NCBI GenBank assembly: GCA_965197425.1
Contig: CBDANC010000013.1
Span: 64,001-128,000 of the forward strand
DNA from: Bdellovibrionales bacterium
Lineage (GTDB): Bacteria; Bdellovibrionota; Bdellovibrionia; Bdellovibrionales; JAUICD01
Reading direction: 5' to 3'
Length of the DNA stretch: 64,000 nt
Positions 1 to 9,759 of this stretch are shown here, piece by piece. The number at the start of each line of letters is the position of its first letter. Positions within the stretch are counted from its first letter, which is position 1. The translations under genes were made by a program, and so were the position numbers. The notes below the pieces were generated by a model that saw only the letters and a list, made by a program, of their open reading frames with translations, searched no databases and was not told where the DNA came from.

Positions 1-751
1 ACAAGTTGATAAGTTTAGCGTAGCACCCGCCTTCTAGATTAGACAGTCCATCTTTCGACCAAATGATTTCATCATCTCCAATTAAATATTTATCTTTAGA
101 TGTAGACAGAGTAGTTTTTCCTGTTCCAGAAAGTCCAAATAACACGCATGAGTTTGTTCCATCTTTAAGACAATTTGCACTAGCATGCATAGGGAAAATG
201 TCATATTTAGGCAAAAGATAATTGCACATAGAAAAACATGCTTTTTTGATCTCACCAGCGTAACCTGTACCCACAATACAAATTGTTAAACTAAAAACAT
301 CAAGTGCTATGATTACATCTGAGTCGATATTCAAACCATAGTCTTTTGTGCTTCCATGAGGATCATGAAAAATTTGTATTGTCTTGGTTTGAGGTAGTTC
401 ATTTATTCGTTTACTTCTAAACATGTTTCTAGCAAACAAAGCATGCCAAGGAGAGTATGTGTTGAGTTTTACAGGTAGACCTCCAACATATCCTTTGTAG
501 GTATAATGTTTTTGTTTTTCAAATTTATCGCTCATATTGCTAGCTAAGATTTCGAAGGTTTTTAAAGGTAATTTTTTATTAGTTTTACCCCAATCTATGT
601 CTGATACTGTTTCTTCTCTTTCTACTATAAACCTGTCTTGTGTAGCTCTTCCCGTGTATGCTCCAGTTTGAACCACCAAGGCTCCATCTTGACTTAACTT
701 TGCAAGATTGCCTCGGAGTGTCTCTTCTATAAGAAACCATCTATTGCTCAT
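1..751 (-). CDS. pckA: Phosphoenolpyruvate carboxykinase (ATP), 5' part; runs off the window start
   Basis: Manual translation from ATG at 751: MSNRWF...TGAYTGRA..., GTGYAGEIKK, PMHASAN, FGLSGTGKTTLS, LIGDDE, NLEGGCYAK, all PEPCK-ATP motifs. Confidence 0.93.
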   Translation of the reverse strand, partial: MSNRWFLIEETLRGNLAKLSQDGALVVQTGAYTGRATQDRFIVEREETVSDIDWGKTNKKLPLKTFEILASNMSDKFEKQKHYTYKGYVGGLPVKLNTYSPWHALFARNMFRSKRINELPQTKTIQIFHDPHGSTKDYGLNIDSDVIIALDVFSLTICIVGTGYAGEIKKACFSMCNYLLPKYDIFPMHASANCLKDGTNSCVLFGLSGTGKTTLSTSKDKYLIGDDEIIWSKDGLSNLEGGCYAKLINL

Positions 752-860
752 AAAGGTCTTCCTAATGAGGCAAAAAACAAGTGGACTTGTTCACTGTTTT
801 TAGCCGAATGGTTGCCCAGCTCTGGACACTGATGCTCATCCCGTTCCATAAAGGTCTTCC
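751..860 (+). repeat. Hairpin element family A (short type) plus stub of a second unit
   Basis: taaaggtcttc...hairpin...gttgcccagct plus tail gatgctcatcccgtt, then taaaggtcttcc again at 849. Confidence 0.85.
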
Positions 861-945
861 CCAAAACTGATAAGTATTGACTAGCAACTTATATGTAGTT
901 AAATAGGACTCCTAGTTTCATATTTCAAGCAGTTAAGGAGAAAAA

Positions 946-1572
946 ATGCAAACTGATTCAAATAACTTAAGAGATTCGGCTAGTGGGTTGCCTATTGTAC
1001 AGCAAAATGCCCCTGATTTTAACTTAAATGCTGTAGCGAATAATGAAATCACCCAAATTTCTCTATCAGACTTTAAAAACAAATGGGTATGCTTGTTTTT
1101 TTATCCTCTAGATTTTACCTTTGTTTGTCCAACCGAAATCATAGCATTCTCAGAAAGGGTTTCAGACTTTGAAAAGTTAAACTGCCAAGTTCTAGGAGCT
1201 TCAATAGATAGCCCATATACACATCTTGCTTGGATAAACACTCCTAGAAATAAAGGTGGACTTGGTGAAATCAAATTCCCTCTCCTAGCTGATATAAATA
1301 GAGAGTTATCTAGATCCTACGAAGTATTAAGTAGTCGCGGAGTTGCACTTAGAGGATTGTTTCTTATAAACCAAAAAGGTAAAATAGTATATCAAGTGGT
1401 TCACGATCTAGGAGTTGGAAGATCTGTAGACGAAACTTTACGAGTGCTGGAAGCTTTTCAAACACATGAAAAAACTGGAGATGTATGCCCAGCTAATTGG
1501 AACAAGTCCAACAGCACAACTATGACACCTAATCCAAAAGACTCTAAAAATTACTTTGAAAAAGTAACTTAA
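946..1572 (+). CDS. ahpC: 2-Cys peroxiredoxin (AhpC/TSA)
   Basis: FFYPLDFTFVCPTE, GRSVDETLR and VCPANW motifs; aaggag RBS. Confidence 0.93.
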   Translation: MQTDSNNLRDSASGLPIVQQNAPDFNLNAVANNEITQISLSDFKNKWVCLFFYPLDFTFVCPTEIIAFSERVSDFEKLNCQVLGASIDSPYTHLAWINTPRNKGGLGEIKFPLLADINRELSRSYEVLSSRGVALRGLFLINQKGKIVYQVVHDLGVGRSVDETLRVLEAFQTHEKTGDVCPANWNKSNSTTMTPNPKDSKNYFEKVT

Positions 1573-1722
1573 AGGTCTTCGCTGAAACTGAAAGTTGCCT
1601 TGGCGAAATGCAGTGCAAAGCACAAACGTAGCCAAGGCACTTTCAGTATCAGAGTTGCCCAGCTCCGGAACACGATGCTGATCCCGTAACTAAAGGTCTT
1701 CCAAATGAGGCAAAAAACAAGG
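1570..1722 (+). repeat. Family A (long type) plus truncated short unit
   Basis: Starts in the ahpC TAA stop; stem actgaaagt-t-gccttggc/gccaaggc-actttcagt; gttgcccagct; second taaaggtcttcc at 1691. Confidence 0.85.
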
Positions 1723-1773
1723 ACATAGTTGCCAGATCCCAGCTTGCCTGATTGCTCGAATGCCATATGATAC

Positions 1774-2484
1774 TCAATATTGACTATAAAAGATGATATC
1801 GCCCCAGATTTCTGTTCTAATCAAACTAATTCCATACTTTGTGAGTAGCTTTCTTACTGAATGATGTGGGTGTTTATAACGTTTATACCTGGCACTACTA
1901 ATTGCCATTTTTAAATTTTTGGATTTTTTGATAAATTGTTCTGATGTACTCATTTTAGATCCATGGTGTGCTAGTACTAAAAACTCTTGGTTTGTTTTAA
2001 TTGTCCATGCTTTATCAGATTTTTTGTCACTATCACCTGGAATTATAATTTGATTGTTGTGATACACTCTAGAGGCCTGGTTAGATGTTTTATATTTTTT
2101 AGGGGTAAAAACATCCACTATAGAATCTATATTGGGAGGACATTTTTTTAAAAAAAGAAATCTTTGTTTTTTCAAATTTACCTCTCCATTAGGAGGAACG
2201 AGCACGCATGAGCTGTAAGTCAGTTTCTTTAAAACTCTTGTTAAATTAATGTGATCCCAATCCCAATGAGTATAAGAAAATATATTATGTTTCCTACCAC
2301 ACATTTTATAAAATTTCTTTTTATCAATAAACTCACCGCCAGCATCAAAATGGTAGCATTTGTTAACCGACACATGAGAAACCATCAGACCCTGACCAAC
2401 ATTCCAAATAACCCATTTGTCAGGAAGACCATCAGACACACTTACTGAAAATAATAAAATATAAAGTGCAAGCAAAATGTTCAA
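1774..2484 (-). CDS. ComEC-type metallo-beta-lactamase-fold domain protein
   Basis: NVGQG, DAGG, THWDWDH, PGD, AHHGS, YKHPH motifs; overlaps the upstream ComEC membrane ORF. Confidence 0.8.
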   Translation of the reverse strand: MNILLALYILLFSVSVSDGLPDKWVIWNVGQGLMVSHVSVNKCYHFDAGGEFIDKKKFYKMCGRKHNIFSYTHWDWDHINLTRVLKKLTYSSCVLVPPNGEVNLKKQRFLFLKKCPPNIDSIVDVFTPKKYKTSNQASRVYHNNQIIIPGDSDKKSDKAWTIKTNQEFLVLAHHGSKMSTSEQFIKKSKNLKMAISSARYKRYKHPHHSVRKLLTKYGISLIRTEIWGDIIFYSQY

Positions 2485-3362
2485 GTTATTCTCCTATACC
2501 TTTTCCAAAATCTATATATCAACAGAATAATATGTAAAGTAATTAAATAAAGAAACATGGTCATATAGCTCAAATTAGTATCAGCTTTGAAAAGAGGTAT
2601 CTCATTTGATAAAAAAGACAAAACCCATAGAAAATATTTCCATATAAAATCAGAAATAGGTGAGATAAAATTGATTGCTAAAGTAAGAAGGGTTAATGGA
2701 AAAAAAATTAATCCAAAAATTGGAAGCACAAGAGTGTTAATTAAAATTACTATTGGATGAGGAGTACTTATATTCATAAGCACAGGAAACATCACCAAAT
2801 ATATACAAGCATTTTTAGCTAAAAGATTGTTGGTCTTAGCAGAATAACTAATTCCAAGCGCAGCAGCCCAACTTAGCATAAAAGAAAATGATTCAAACCA
2901 TTTATTAAATATAATCAAACAAAAAAATGACACATGCCAAACAAGAGTATCTTTGGGCCAAGCCAAACAATATCTTTTGTTTAACTTTTTAAATAGAAAA
3001 GATAAAAAAGCTCTCACCACAGGAGGATTAAAAGATGTGGCCATAGAATACACACCCAAAATAATTATCTCTAAAAAACTAGGAATTTTTAACTTAGATA
3101 AAAGCTTTCCAAAAAAACTTAGATGAGTACCTGAAACAACAAAAATATGAACAAGGCCAGTAGTAGCTAAAATTTCACGTAAACCAATACTAGAAATTCG
3201 CTTGCCACAACCAATAGCCTCATACACCTCTCTATACTCAGACTCAGGTACCAAATTCAAACAAACACCATTCAAATAACTAACAGTACTTGTAAAGTAA
3301 TCAGACAAATCTATTCTGATTAAATTAAAGAAAATTAGAAACAATACTAGACTAATGACCAT
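2481..3362 (-). CDS. comEC: ComEC/Rec2 competence membrane domain protein
   Basis: TGLVHIFVVSGTH, PPVVRA, SFMLSW motifs; multiple TM segments. Confidence 0.85.
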   Translation of the reverse strand: MVISLVLFLIFFNLIRIDLSDYFTSTVSYLNGVCLNLVPESEYREVYEAIGCGKRISSIGLREILATTGLVHIFVVSGTHLSFFGKLLSKLKIPSFLEIIILGVYSMATSFNPPVVRAFLSFLFKKLNKRYCLAWPKDTLVWHVSFFCLIIFNKWFESFSFMLSWAAALGISYSAKTNNLLAKNACIYLVMFPVLMNISTPHPIVILINTLVLPIFGLIFFPLTLLTLAINFISPISDFIWKYFLWVLSFLSNEIPLFKADTNLSYMTMFLYLITLHIILLIYRFWKRYRRIT

Positions 3363-3651
3363 AATTCTAAGTAGTTACTACTACAAAAAACATATGTGTT
3401 AAAAAAAGCTTATTTAACCCCCACTATTACAAATTTTTCATGCAAGTTTTTGTTATAAATTTAAACAACATGGTTAAATATTAAAAAATTATGTAGTAAT
3501 TTTAGCTAGTTAAAAACTTTATACTTTATAAGCAATTTACTAACCTTACCAGGGACAGAATATTACATGTGCGTATTACATATGTGTTTTCGTACTCAAT
3601 TTTGAGAAACAGAAATTGTTTTGTCTGAAGATATATTGTTAGAATTACCTC

Positions 3652-5622
3652 ATGCGAATTCTTCTGTTTTTTATTTTTCTTACATTCACTACAGGTGGAG
3701 TATCCACACCTTTTAGTTTTCTATATGCACAAACTAATGATTTGCTTTTTGAGGATTTAGCTCGGGAGTTTGAAGAGTTAGATATTGATTATGAAGAAGA
3801 GGACAGAGGTTTAGATAGCGTAGATGAAGAGACAGAAGAGTTTGATGACGTTCAAGAAGAAAGTGAAGATTTTGAAGAAGTAGAAGATACAGAGGATAGA
3901 AGCATAGATAGTGTTGAAGAGGAAGATGAAGTTGGTGAAGCTTTAGAATCTAATGACACGCAAGACGAAGTGGCAGAAACAGAAGATGACTATTTTGATG
4001 ATGTAGAAGAAGTAGCTGATAATGAAGATTCATATGAAGAAGAAATAGAAGATGAAGTGAGAGATCTTGCAAATGATGAAGAGCTTACTTCGGAACCTTC
4101 ATACGAAGTGTATGATACAGAAGATAGAAGTATAGATAGTGTGGAAGAAGAAACTTATGAAGTAGAGCTTAGTGATGATGGTGAAGAATACGATTCAGAG
4201 GCATATGATGTAGAAGAGGGTTATGAAGGTGATCCTTATACTGAAGAGGCTGTGGTATACGATGAATACGAAGATGATGCTTTTGTAGATGAAAGTTTAA
4301 GTGAAGAAAATGTTATTGATGACATAGTCAGCGAATCAATTTTAGAAGATGAAACTAGAAACATAGCCTCAGAAGAAGAGGTGGAAGGTTCATATGAAGA
4401 AGATATGGCATATGAAGACGATGATGGCTATGAAGACGAAGAGTACCGTGAGGTTGCAAGCGATGGGTTGAATGCTCCTGATTTAGAGTTGGAAGCTTAT
4501 TTGGATGACATATTCAGTAAGTACTCCGACAGGTTGGATCAAACTAGATGGGAAGAGATGATAGGTAATGAAAAGGTGAAAGAAATTTACTCTATTCAGC
4601 CTGGAGATACTCTATGGGATATAAGCACAACCCTATTTGGTAGCGGATATTTTTGGCCTAAGATATGGCAGATTAATTCTGTAATATTAAACCCACACTT
4701 TATATTGTCAGGTGGACAAATAAGATTTACTTCGGGTAGTGCATCAGAAGGACCAAGGCTAGATTTGATAACTGGTGAAGGTGGAGTAGAAGAAGATATA
4801 CTATCCAGCTCTTCTCTAATACCTAATCTTCCTCCAGCACGAGAGACAAGATTTTCAAACTTGCCACCTAGTTTACCTGGAATGAATTTCAATCTACCGG
4901 ATACACAAGCAACAAGAGAACCATCTTCTTTTGATGCAGCTAATTTTGCGGATGGAATAGAAAATACACCAATTTATCTAACCTCTTATTTAACTACAAG
5001 AAAACCCCCTTCATACGGAACAATTGTGTCGGCTGAGGAATGGGATACTGTGGCAAGCACAAATCAACATGTCTATATAGAAGGGCGTGGCCTATCAATA
5101 GGTACGCACTATGTTGTATTTAATGACGATGAAAAAGTAGATCACCCAACCCGAACCTCTAGTGCTGGCTTCATTGTTACTATATTAGGAGTAGTAACCA
5201 TTCTTGAGCTTGTCGATGAAAGACAAAATCTATATAGGGCCAGGGTTACAAAAGCAGTTGCACCTGTAGCAATTGGGTCTAACATAGGAGAAGATGATCC
5301 TAGCTTAAGATATAATTTATCCAAAACTAACCAGTCAGGTAACTTTACATCAACAGTTGTAGCGGGTTACGCTGGAGATGATAGAGTATTTATTGGTATG
5401 AATGAAGTGTTGTTTTTAGATATGGGTGAAGATCATGGTGTAAGAACTGGAGATATGTTCCAGATTGTGGAAAACAACAAAATTGGAGGCAGTAAAAACC
5501 TAAAAAGCAAAAAAGTCGTAGGAACAGCAAAAGTTGTTAAAACAACTCCAAGAAGAGCTACAGCGATTGTACTCACCACAAAAGATGTAATAAGACCAGG
5601 GGATTATGCTGAAGCATTATAA
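3652..5622 (+). CDS. Secreted LysM-domain protein with a long acidic N-terminal region
   Basis: Signal peptide; about 250 aa D/E-rich tract; YSIQPGDTLWDIS...WPKIWQIN...NPHFI LysM signature. Confidence 0.85.
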   Translation: MRILLFFIFLTFTTGGVSTPFSFLYAQTNDLLFEDLAREFEELDIDYEEEDRGLDSVDEETEEFDDVQEESEDFEEVEDTEDRSIDSVEEEDEVGEALESNDTQDEVAETEDDYFDDVEEVADNEDSYEEEIEDEVRDLANDEELTSEPSYEVYDTEDRSIDSVEEETYEVELSDDGEEYDSEAYDVEEGYEGDPYTEEAVVYDEYEDDAFVDESLSEENVIDDIVSESILEDETRNIASEEEVEGSYEEDMAYEDDDGYEDEEYREVASDGLNAPDLELEAYLDDIFSKYSDRLDQTRWEEMIGNEKVKEIYSIQPGDTLWDISTTLFGSGYFWPKIWQINSVILNPHFILSGGQIRFTSGSASEGPRLDLITGEGGVEEDILSSSSLIPNLPPARETRFSNLPPSLPGMNFNLPDTQATREPSSFDAANFADGIENTPIYLTSYLTTRKPPSYGTIVSAEEWDTVASTNQHVYIEGRGLSIGTHYVVFNDDEKVDHPTRTSSAGFIVTILGVVTILELVDERQNLYRARVTKAVAPVAIGSNIGEDDPSLRYNLSKTNQSGNFTSTVVAGYAGDDRVFIGMNEVLFLDMGEDHGVRTGDMFQIVENNKIGGSKNLKSKKVVGTAKVVKTTPRRATAIVLTTKDVIRPGDYAEAL

Positions 5623-5631
5623 AGCGAACCC

Positions 5632-5748
5632 CGCCTGACTGCCGGATTGTCCGTCTGCCCGATCAGCTCTGGGATCTGGCACTCCGGGATCTGTTATCTG
5701 CATCTGACATCTGCCACCCGGCAACAGACACCTGATTGCTTGATTCAC
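5632..5748. repeat. Degenerate 7/8-mer tandem repeats downstream of the four-helix-bundle gene
   Basis: ctgccgga/ttgtccgt/ctgcccga and atctggc/atctgtt/atctgc/atctgac/atctgcc runs. Confidence 0.7.
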
Positions 5749-5750
5749 CT

Positions 5751-6044
5751 TTAAGCGTTCTTACATAATTTATATAGAAAAGCTCCTAGTCTATCACTTT
5801 CTTTTGTGAGGGCTTTGTGATTTATAATTTCTAGTATTGCCTGTGTTTCTCTGAGTGAACCTAAACTAGTTCTATAGAACCTCCGCCTTTCTTTGTTACT
5901 GCACTTCGTACTTCCTTCCGCAAGGTTTAGCACTATGCTAAGTATTGCTCTTTGGAACTGATTTTTAAGAGGCTCTTTCAGGTATAGTCCTTTAGAATTG
6001 TTGTAGAACTGAACAGCTAATTGATAAGTTTTAAAATTTTTCAT
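5751..6044 (-). CDS. Four-helix-bundle protein (TIGR02436 / 23S rRNA IVP-like)
   Basis: YQLA...QFQRAILSIVLNLAEG...RRFY..SLGSLRE family motif; aaggag RBS. Confidence 0.9.
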   Translation of the reverse strand: MKNFKTYQLAVQFYNNSKGLYLKEPLKNQFQRAILSIVLNLAEGSTKCSNKERRRFYRTSLGSLRETQAILEIINHKALTKESDRLGAFLYKLCKNA

Positions 6045-6126
6045 AATATGTTGTCTCCTTTTTTAGAAAAAATATTTACTCCATAGTTTTTATCTGGGAG
6101 AAAATATTTTTAAAAAAAGGAGACCA

Positions 6127-6182
6127 CTGCCCGACTGCCCGACTGCCCGACTGCCCGACTGCCCGACTGCCTGATTGCCTGA
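6127..6182. repeat. 8-mer tandem repeat (ctgcccga)x5 plus 2 variants
   Basis: Directly visible in the sequence. Confidence 0.95.
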
Positions 6183-6185
6183 TCC

Positions 6186-7538
6186 CTAATATGCGTCTTT
6201 TGAGATAAAACCTTTGGTAAGAGTTAAAATCATTATTTTAATATCAAACATTATGGACCAGTTATTAATATAATAAAGATCATACTTTATTCTTTCTTTT
6301 AAATCAGTATTCCCTCTATACCCATTTATTTGAGCCCATCCCGTTATACCTGATTTTATTTTGTGTCTTTGCATGTATCCTGGAATTTCTGATTTAAATT
6401 TTTCTACAAAAACAGGTCGTTCAGGTCTAGGGCCCACAATACTCATTTCACCTTTAAGCACATTTATTAATTGAGGTAGTTCATCTAAAGAAGTCCTTCT
6501 AATAATTTTTCCCAATGCAGTAGTTCTATCGTCATCTTTAGAAGCCCATACGGGCCCGGTATCTTCTTCTGCATTTATTGTCATGCTTCTAAATTTATAC
6601 ATTCTAAAGCTTTTACCATCCATTCCAATTCTATCTTGAGCATAAAATATATGTCCTTTGGAAGTAAGTTTTATTAAAATTCCAAGTAATATGAATATAG
6701 GAGAAAATAATATAAGGGCAACAACACAAACCACAATATCTAACGATCTTTTTAAACCAAAATTAAATCCATGAATTATGTGTTGATTGACAGATAAAAT
6801 AGGAAAACTACCCATTGTACCTACTTTGAGTCCTAATATAGTAAAATGAAATATATTTGGGATTATATGAGTATATAAATTTTCTTTGGAAGTCTCTTCT
6901 AAAATATCATTCAAGAAATGAACCTTATCACTATTCAAACAAATGATTACATCACTTATTGCCAGTTCTCTTACAAAGGGACAAAACTCATTATCATATT
7001 GCATATCCAAAAATTCTTCTGTAGAAATTACTTTTGCTAATTTAATATGTTCACTATCTAATTCAGACTTAATTTTTGAGGCAGTAAGTTGTTCTCCTAT
7101 GATCAGTATATTTTTCGGCTTTTGGTTTTTCTTAAAAAGAGATCTGACAATAATTCTCTGTAAAATTAAAAGCGTAACAACTGTACATAAAAACAACACA
7201 AGCATGGCTCTGGATACATAATCCCTTGCTAGAAAATGTAATCCCACTACAAGTAGCAAAAAAGTTAGAGTAGAGCTTTTTATAATCGGCCAAATTTCTA
7301 TGTTGTAGCTGCTAAAAACAGACTCAGATCTATCATCATAAACCCCAGAAATTTCCATACAAAAATACCATATAAGACTAAAAAGTATTCCTAAAAGTAT
7401 GTACATGTTTAAATTTATAAGAGCTGACCCCGTATCTAATAGTAAGTAGAATCTTATATAAAAAGCCAAGCCCCATCCTAACAGGATAGTTAAGATGTCT
7501 ATGAATTTTAATAATGGAGTTTTCGAATTTATTATCAT
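6186..7538 (-). CDS. Undecaprenyl-phosphate glucose phosphotransferase (WcaJ-like)
   Basis: KFRSM, RTSLDELPQLINVLKGEMSIVGPRPE, GITGWAQING; N-terminal TM helices. Confidence 0.92.
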   Translation of the reverse strand: MIINSKTPLLKFIDILTILLGWGLAFYIRFYLLLDTGSALINLNMYILLGILFSLIWYFCMEISGVYDDRSESVFSSYNIEIWPIIKSSTLTFLLLVVGLHFLARDYVSRAMLVLFLCTVVTLLILQRIIVRSLFKKNQKPKNILIIGEQLTASKIKSELDSEHIKLAKVISTEEFLDMQYDNEFCPFVRELAISDVIICLNSDKVHFLNDILEETSKENLYTHIIPNIFHFTILGLKVGTMGSFPILSVNQHIIHGFNFGLKRSLDIVVCVVALILFSPIFILLGILIKLTSKGHIFYAQDRIGMDGKSFRMYKFRSMTINAEEDTGPVWASKDDDRTTALGKIIRRTSLDELPQLINVLKGEMSIVGPRPERPVFVEKFKSEIPGYMQRHKIKSGITGWAQINGYRGNTDLKERIKYDLYYINNWSIMFDIKIMILTLTKGFISKDAY

Positions 7539-7578
7539 ACTTCTAATTGATTTAACACATACAATACACTAGAGTCAC

Positions 7579-7671
7579 TAAAGGTCTTCGCTGAAACTGA
7601 AAGTTGCCTTGGGGAAATGCGGTGCGAAGCACAAATGTAGCCAAGGTACTGTCAGTGTCAGAGTTGCCCAG
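7579..7671 (+). repeat. Family A (long type)
   Basis: Near-copy of the 1570 unit; inner gtgc-gaa-gcac hairpin. Confidence 0.85.
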
Positions 7672-7710
7672 TTTTGTAGGTATAAATACGACAAGAGTCA
7701 CTAATTAAAG

Positions 7711-8796
7711 ATGAAAATTGCAATTGTCCATGACTGGCTTGTATCTTATAGAGGCGGAGAAAGAGTGCTATTAGCACTGTCCAACCTATTTCCAGATGCA
7801 CCGATCTACACTCTTTTACATTCTAAAACACATGTACCAGACACCCTTTCTAAAAAAGTACAGAGAACTTCTTTTATACATCACCTGCCCTTTAGTAACA
7901 GACTGTATAGACACTTTTTACCTATTTACCCTCTAGCCAGCGAGACTTTAATAGACAAAAAATATGATCTTATTTTATCTGTCTCTTCAGCAGTTTCCAA
8001 ATCAATAGATACAAAAGGGGCAAAGCATTGGTGCTATATCAATACTCCTATGCGTTACATATGGGATAGATTTGATGATTATTTTGGAAAAGAGAGAGTG
8101 GGTTTTTTAGCATCTAATTTATTCTTTAAACCTTTGGCTTGGTACTTAAAAAAGTATGATGTCCGAACCTCTAATAGGGTCACAACTTTTGTTGCTAACT
8201 CTAATTTTGTAAAGCAAAGAGTTTTTAGATGCTATAACCGTGATGCTGAAGTTATATATCCACCAGTTGATATTCAAAATTTAAGCCTTAGTACAAATCA
8301 AAACAAAAGTTACTATTTATTTTTAGGAGGTCTTGTACCTTATAAAAAGGCAGACCAAGCTATCTTAGCTTTTAACAGACTTAAACAACACTTAGTGGTA
8401 GCAGGAGTAGGAGGAGAACTGAAGTTTTTAAAAAGTATTGCTGACAACCGCTATATCAGTTTTGTAGGTCACATAACTGAAGACAAAAAACAAGAGATAT
8501 TTAATGGAGCAAAAGCTTTGATTTTTCCAGGTGTAGAGGACTTTGGTATTGTACCTGTAGAGGCAAATGCAACTGGATTACCTATCATTGGTCTAAATCA
8601 AGGTGGACTTACTGAAACCCAAACAGATGAGACATGCATGTTCTATGAAAAACAAACGGTGGAATGTTTGATAGAGGCAGTTTTAAAGTTTCAATCCAAA
8701 AAATATGACCACAGTAAAATTAGAGAGCATTCAAAGCAATTCTCACCAGAAACTTTCAATACCAAAATTATGCAATCAATAAAAAAACTATTATAA
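7711..8796 (+). CDS. GT4 family glycosyltransferase
   Basis: MKIAIVHDWL..RGGER, EDFGIVPVEA motifs. Confidence 0.9.
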   Translation: MKIAIVHDWLVSYRGGERVLLALSNLFPDAPIYTLLHSKTHVPDTLSKKVQRTSFIHHLPFSNRLYRHFLPIYPLASETLIDKKYDLILSVSSAVSKSIDTKGAKHWCYINTPMRYIWDRFDDYFGKERVGFLASNLFFKPLAWYLKKYDVRTSNRVTTFVANSNFVKQRVFRCYNRDAEVIYPPVDIQNLSLSTNQNKSYYLFLGGLVPYKKADQAILAFNRLKQHLVVAGVGGELKFLKSIADNRYISFVGHITEDKKQEIFNGAKALIFPGVEDFGIVPVEANATGLPIIGLNQGGLTETQTDETCMFYEKQTVECLIEAVLKFQSKKYDHSKIREHSKQFSPETFNTKIMQSIKKLL

Positions 8797-8801
8797 AAAC
8801 T

Positions 8802-9731
8802 ATGAAAGCCAAAACTATTTATACATTCAAAGCATTAGTAGGAGCATTGTTGCTATATTGGCTTCTTTCCAGCGGGAGATTTGATATAAGTGTAATGAAG
8901 AAGCTATCCAATCCAATGGGTTTAACTTTTTTAATAATGATTTATCTTTTGATTTTGATAAACAATAATACAAGATGGTTCTTGATACTAAAATGTTATA
9001 ACTCAAAAGTTACTTGGCTTCAGTGCTTTAAACTTACATTCATCGGTTTGTTTTTCAATTTTTTTGTACCAGCCGGGAGTCTTGGCGGTGATGTGGTCAA
9101 AGGATATTATTTAGCTAAGGGCAGTAACAACAAAACAAACCTGGTTGCCAGTGTACTTTTAGATAGATACTTTGGTTTTTGCTCTATGTTGTTTGTCAGT
9201 TTAACTGTATTTTTGATAAACTTTAATACATTTTCAAATGCCCTTGGTGTTGTAGTTTTAGTGTCTATATTCTTCTTACTAGCCTTATCATTTTTTTTAG
9301 TAGTAAGGAATTCTAGATCAATAAAATTACACAATTTTATTTTAACAAAGTTTAAAAAGCTAACTTGGCTTACTACTTTCCATAATTCTTTTTCTACAGT
9401 GTTAAAAAATAATGGTTTAGTGATTTTATCGTTTTTTATAAGCGTGGGATCTCTTATGTTATATGTTTTATTTTTTGCATTATCAGGAAAAATTATAGGA
9501 TATGACGAGAATTTTTTAGTATATTTGTACGCAGTACCATTGACCTTAGCAGTTACCTCTATACCCATATCCCCTGGAGGAGTAGGCGTAGGCCAAGTAG
9601 CTTCTCTTGTATTTTTCAGCATTACATCAGATGATCCAAATCTAGGACCTGCCAGCATATCAACCTATCAAGCAATAGGGATCTTGCTTAGTTTGGTTGG
9701 GCTTATAAGTTATATAAAATTAAAAGATTGA
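8802..9731 (+). CDS. Lysylphosphatidylglycerol synthase TM-domain (flippase-like) protein
   Basis: RW, IGLFFNFFVP..GGDVVK, LDR, PISPGGVGV motifs. Confidence 0.85.
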   Translation: MKAKTIYTFKALVGALLLYWLLSSGRFDISVMKKLSNPMGLTFLIMIYLLILINNNTRWFLILKCYNSKVTWLQCFKLTFIGLFFNFFVPAGSLGGDVVKGYYLAKGSNNKTNLVASVLLDRYFGFCSMLFVSLTVFLINFNTFSNALGVVVLVSIFFLLALSFFLVVRNSRSIKLHNFILTKFKKLTWLTTFHNSFSTVLKNNGLVILSFFISVGSLMLYVLFFALSGKIIGYDENFLVYLYAVPLTLAVTSIPISPGGVGVGQVASLVFFSITSDDPNLGPASISTYQAIGILLSLVGLISYIKLKD

Positions 9732-9759
9732 TAGATATATAATACCAAGCTAAAAGATA

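Noticed and set aside
751..860. Integron attC sites
   Set aside because: Ends do not form complementary RYYYAAC/GTTRRRY boxes, no integrase is seen, and the flanking genes are housekeeping
1650..1690. HDV-like ribozyme (reverse complement GCUGGGCAAC in family A; GCGAAU in family C)
   Set aside because: I could not find the P1/P3/L3 partners, and the two motifs are in different families and strands
5751..6044. Avd of a diversity-generating retroelement
   Set aside because: Related fold, but no reverse transcriptase or TR/VR pair with adenine-specific mismatches in the window
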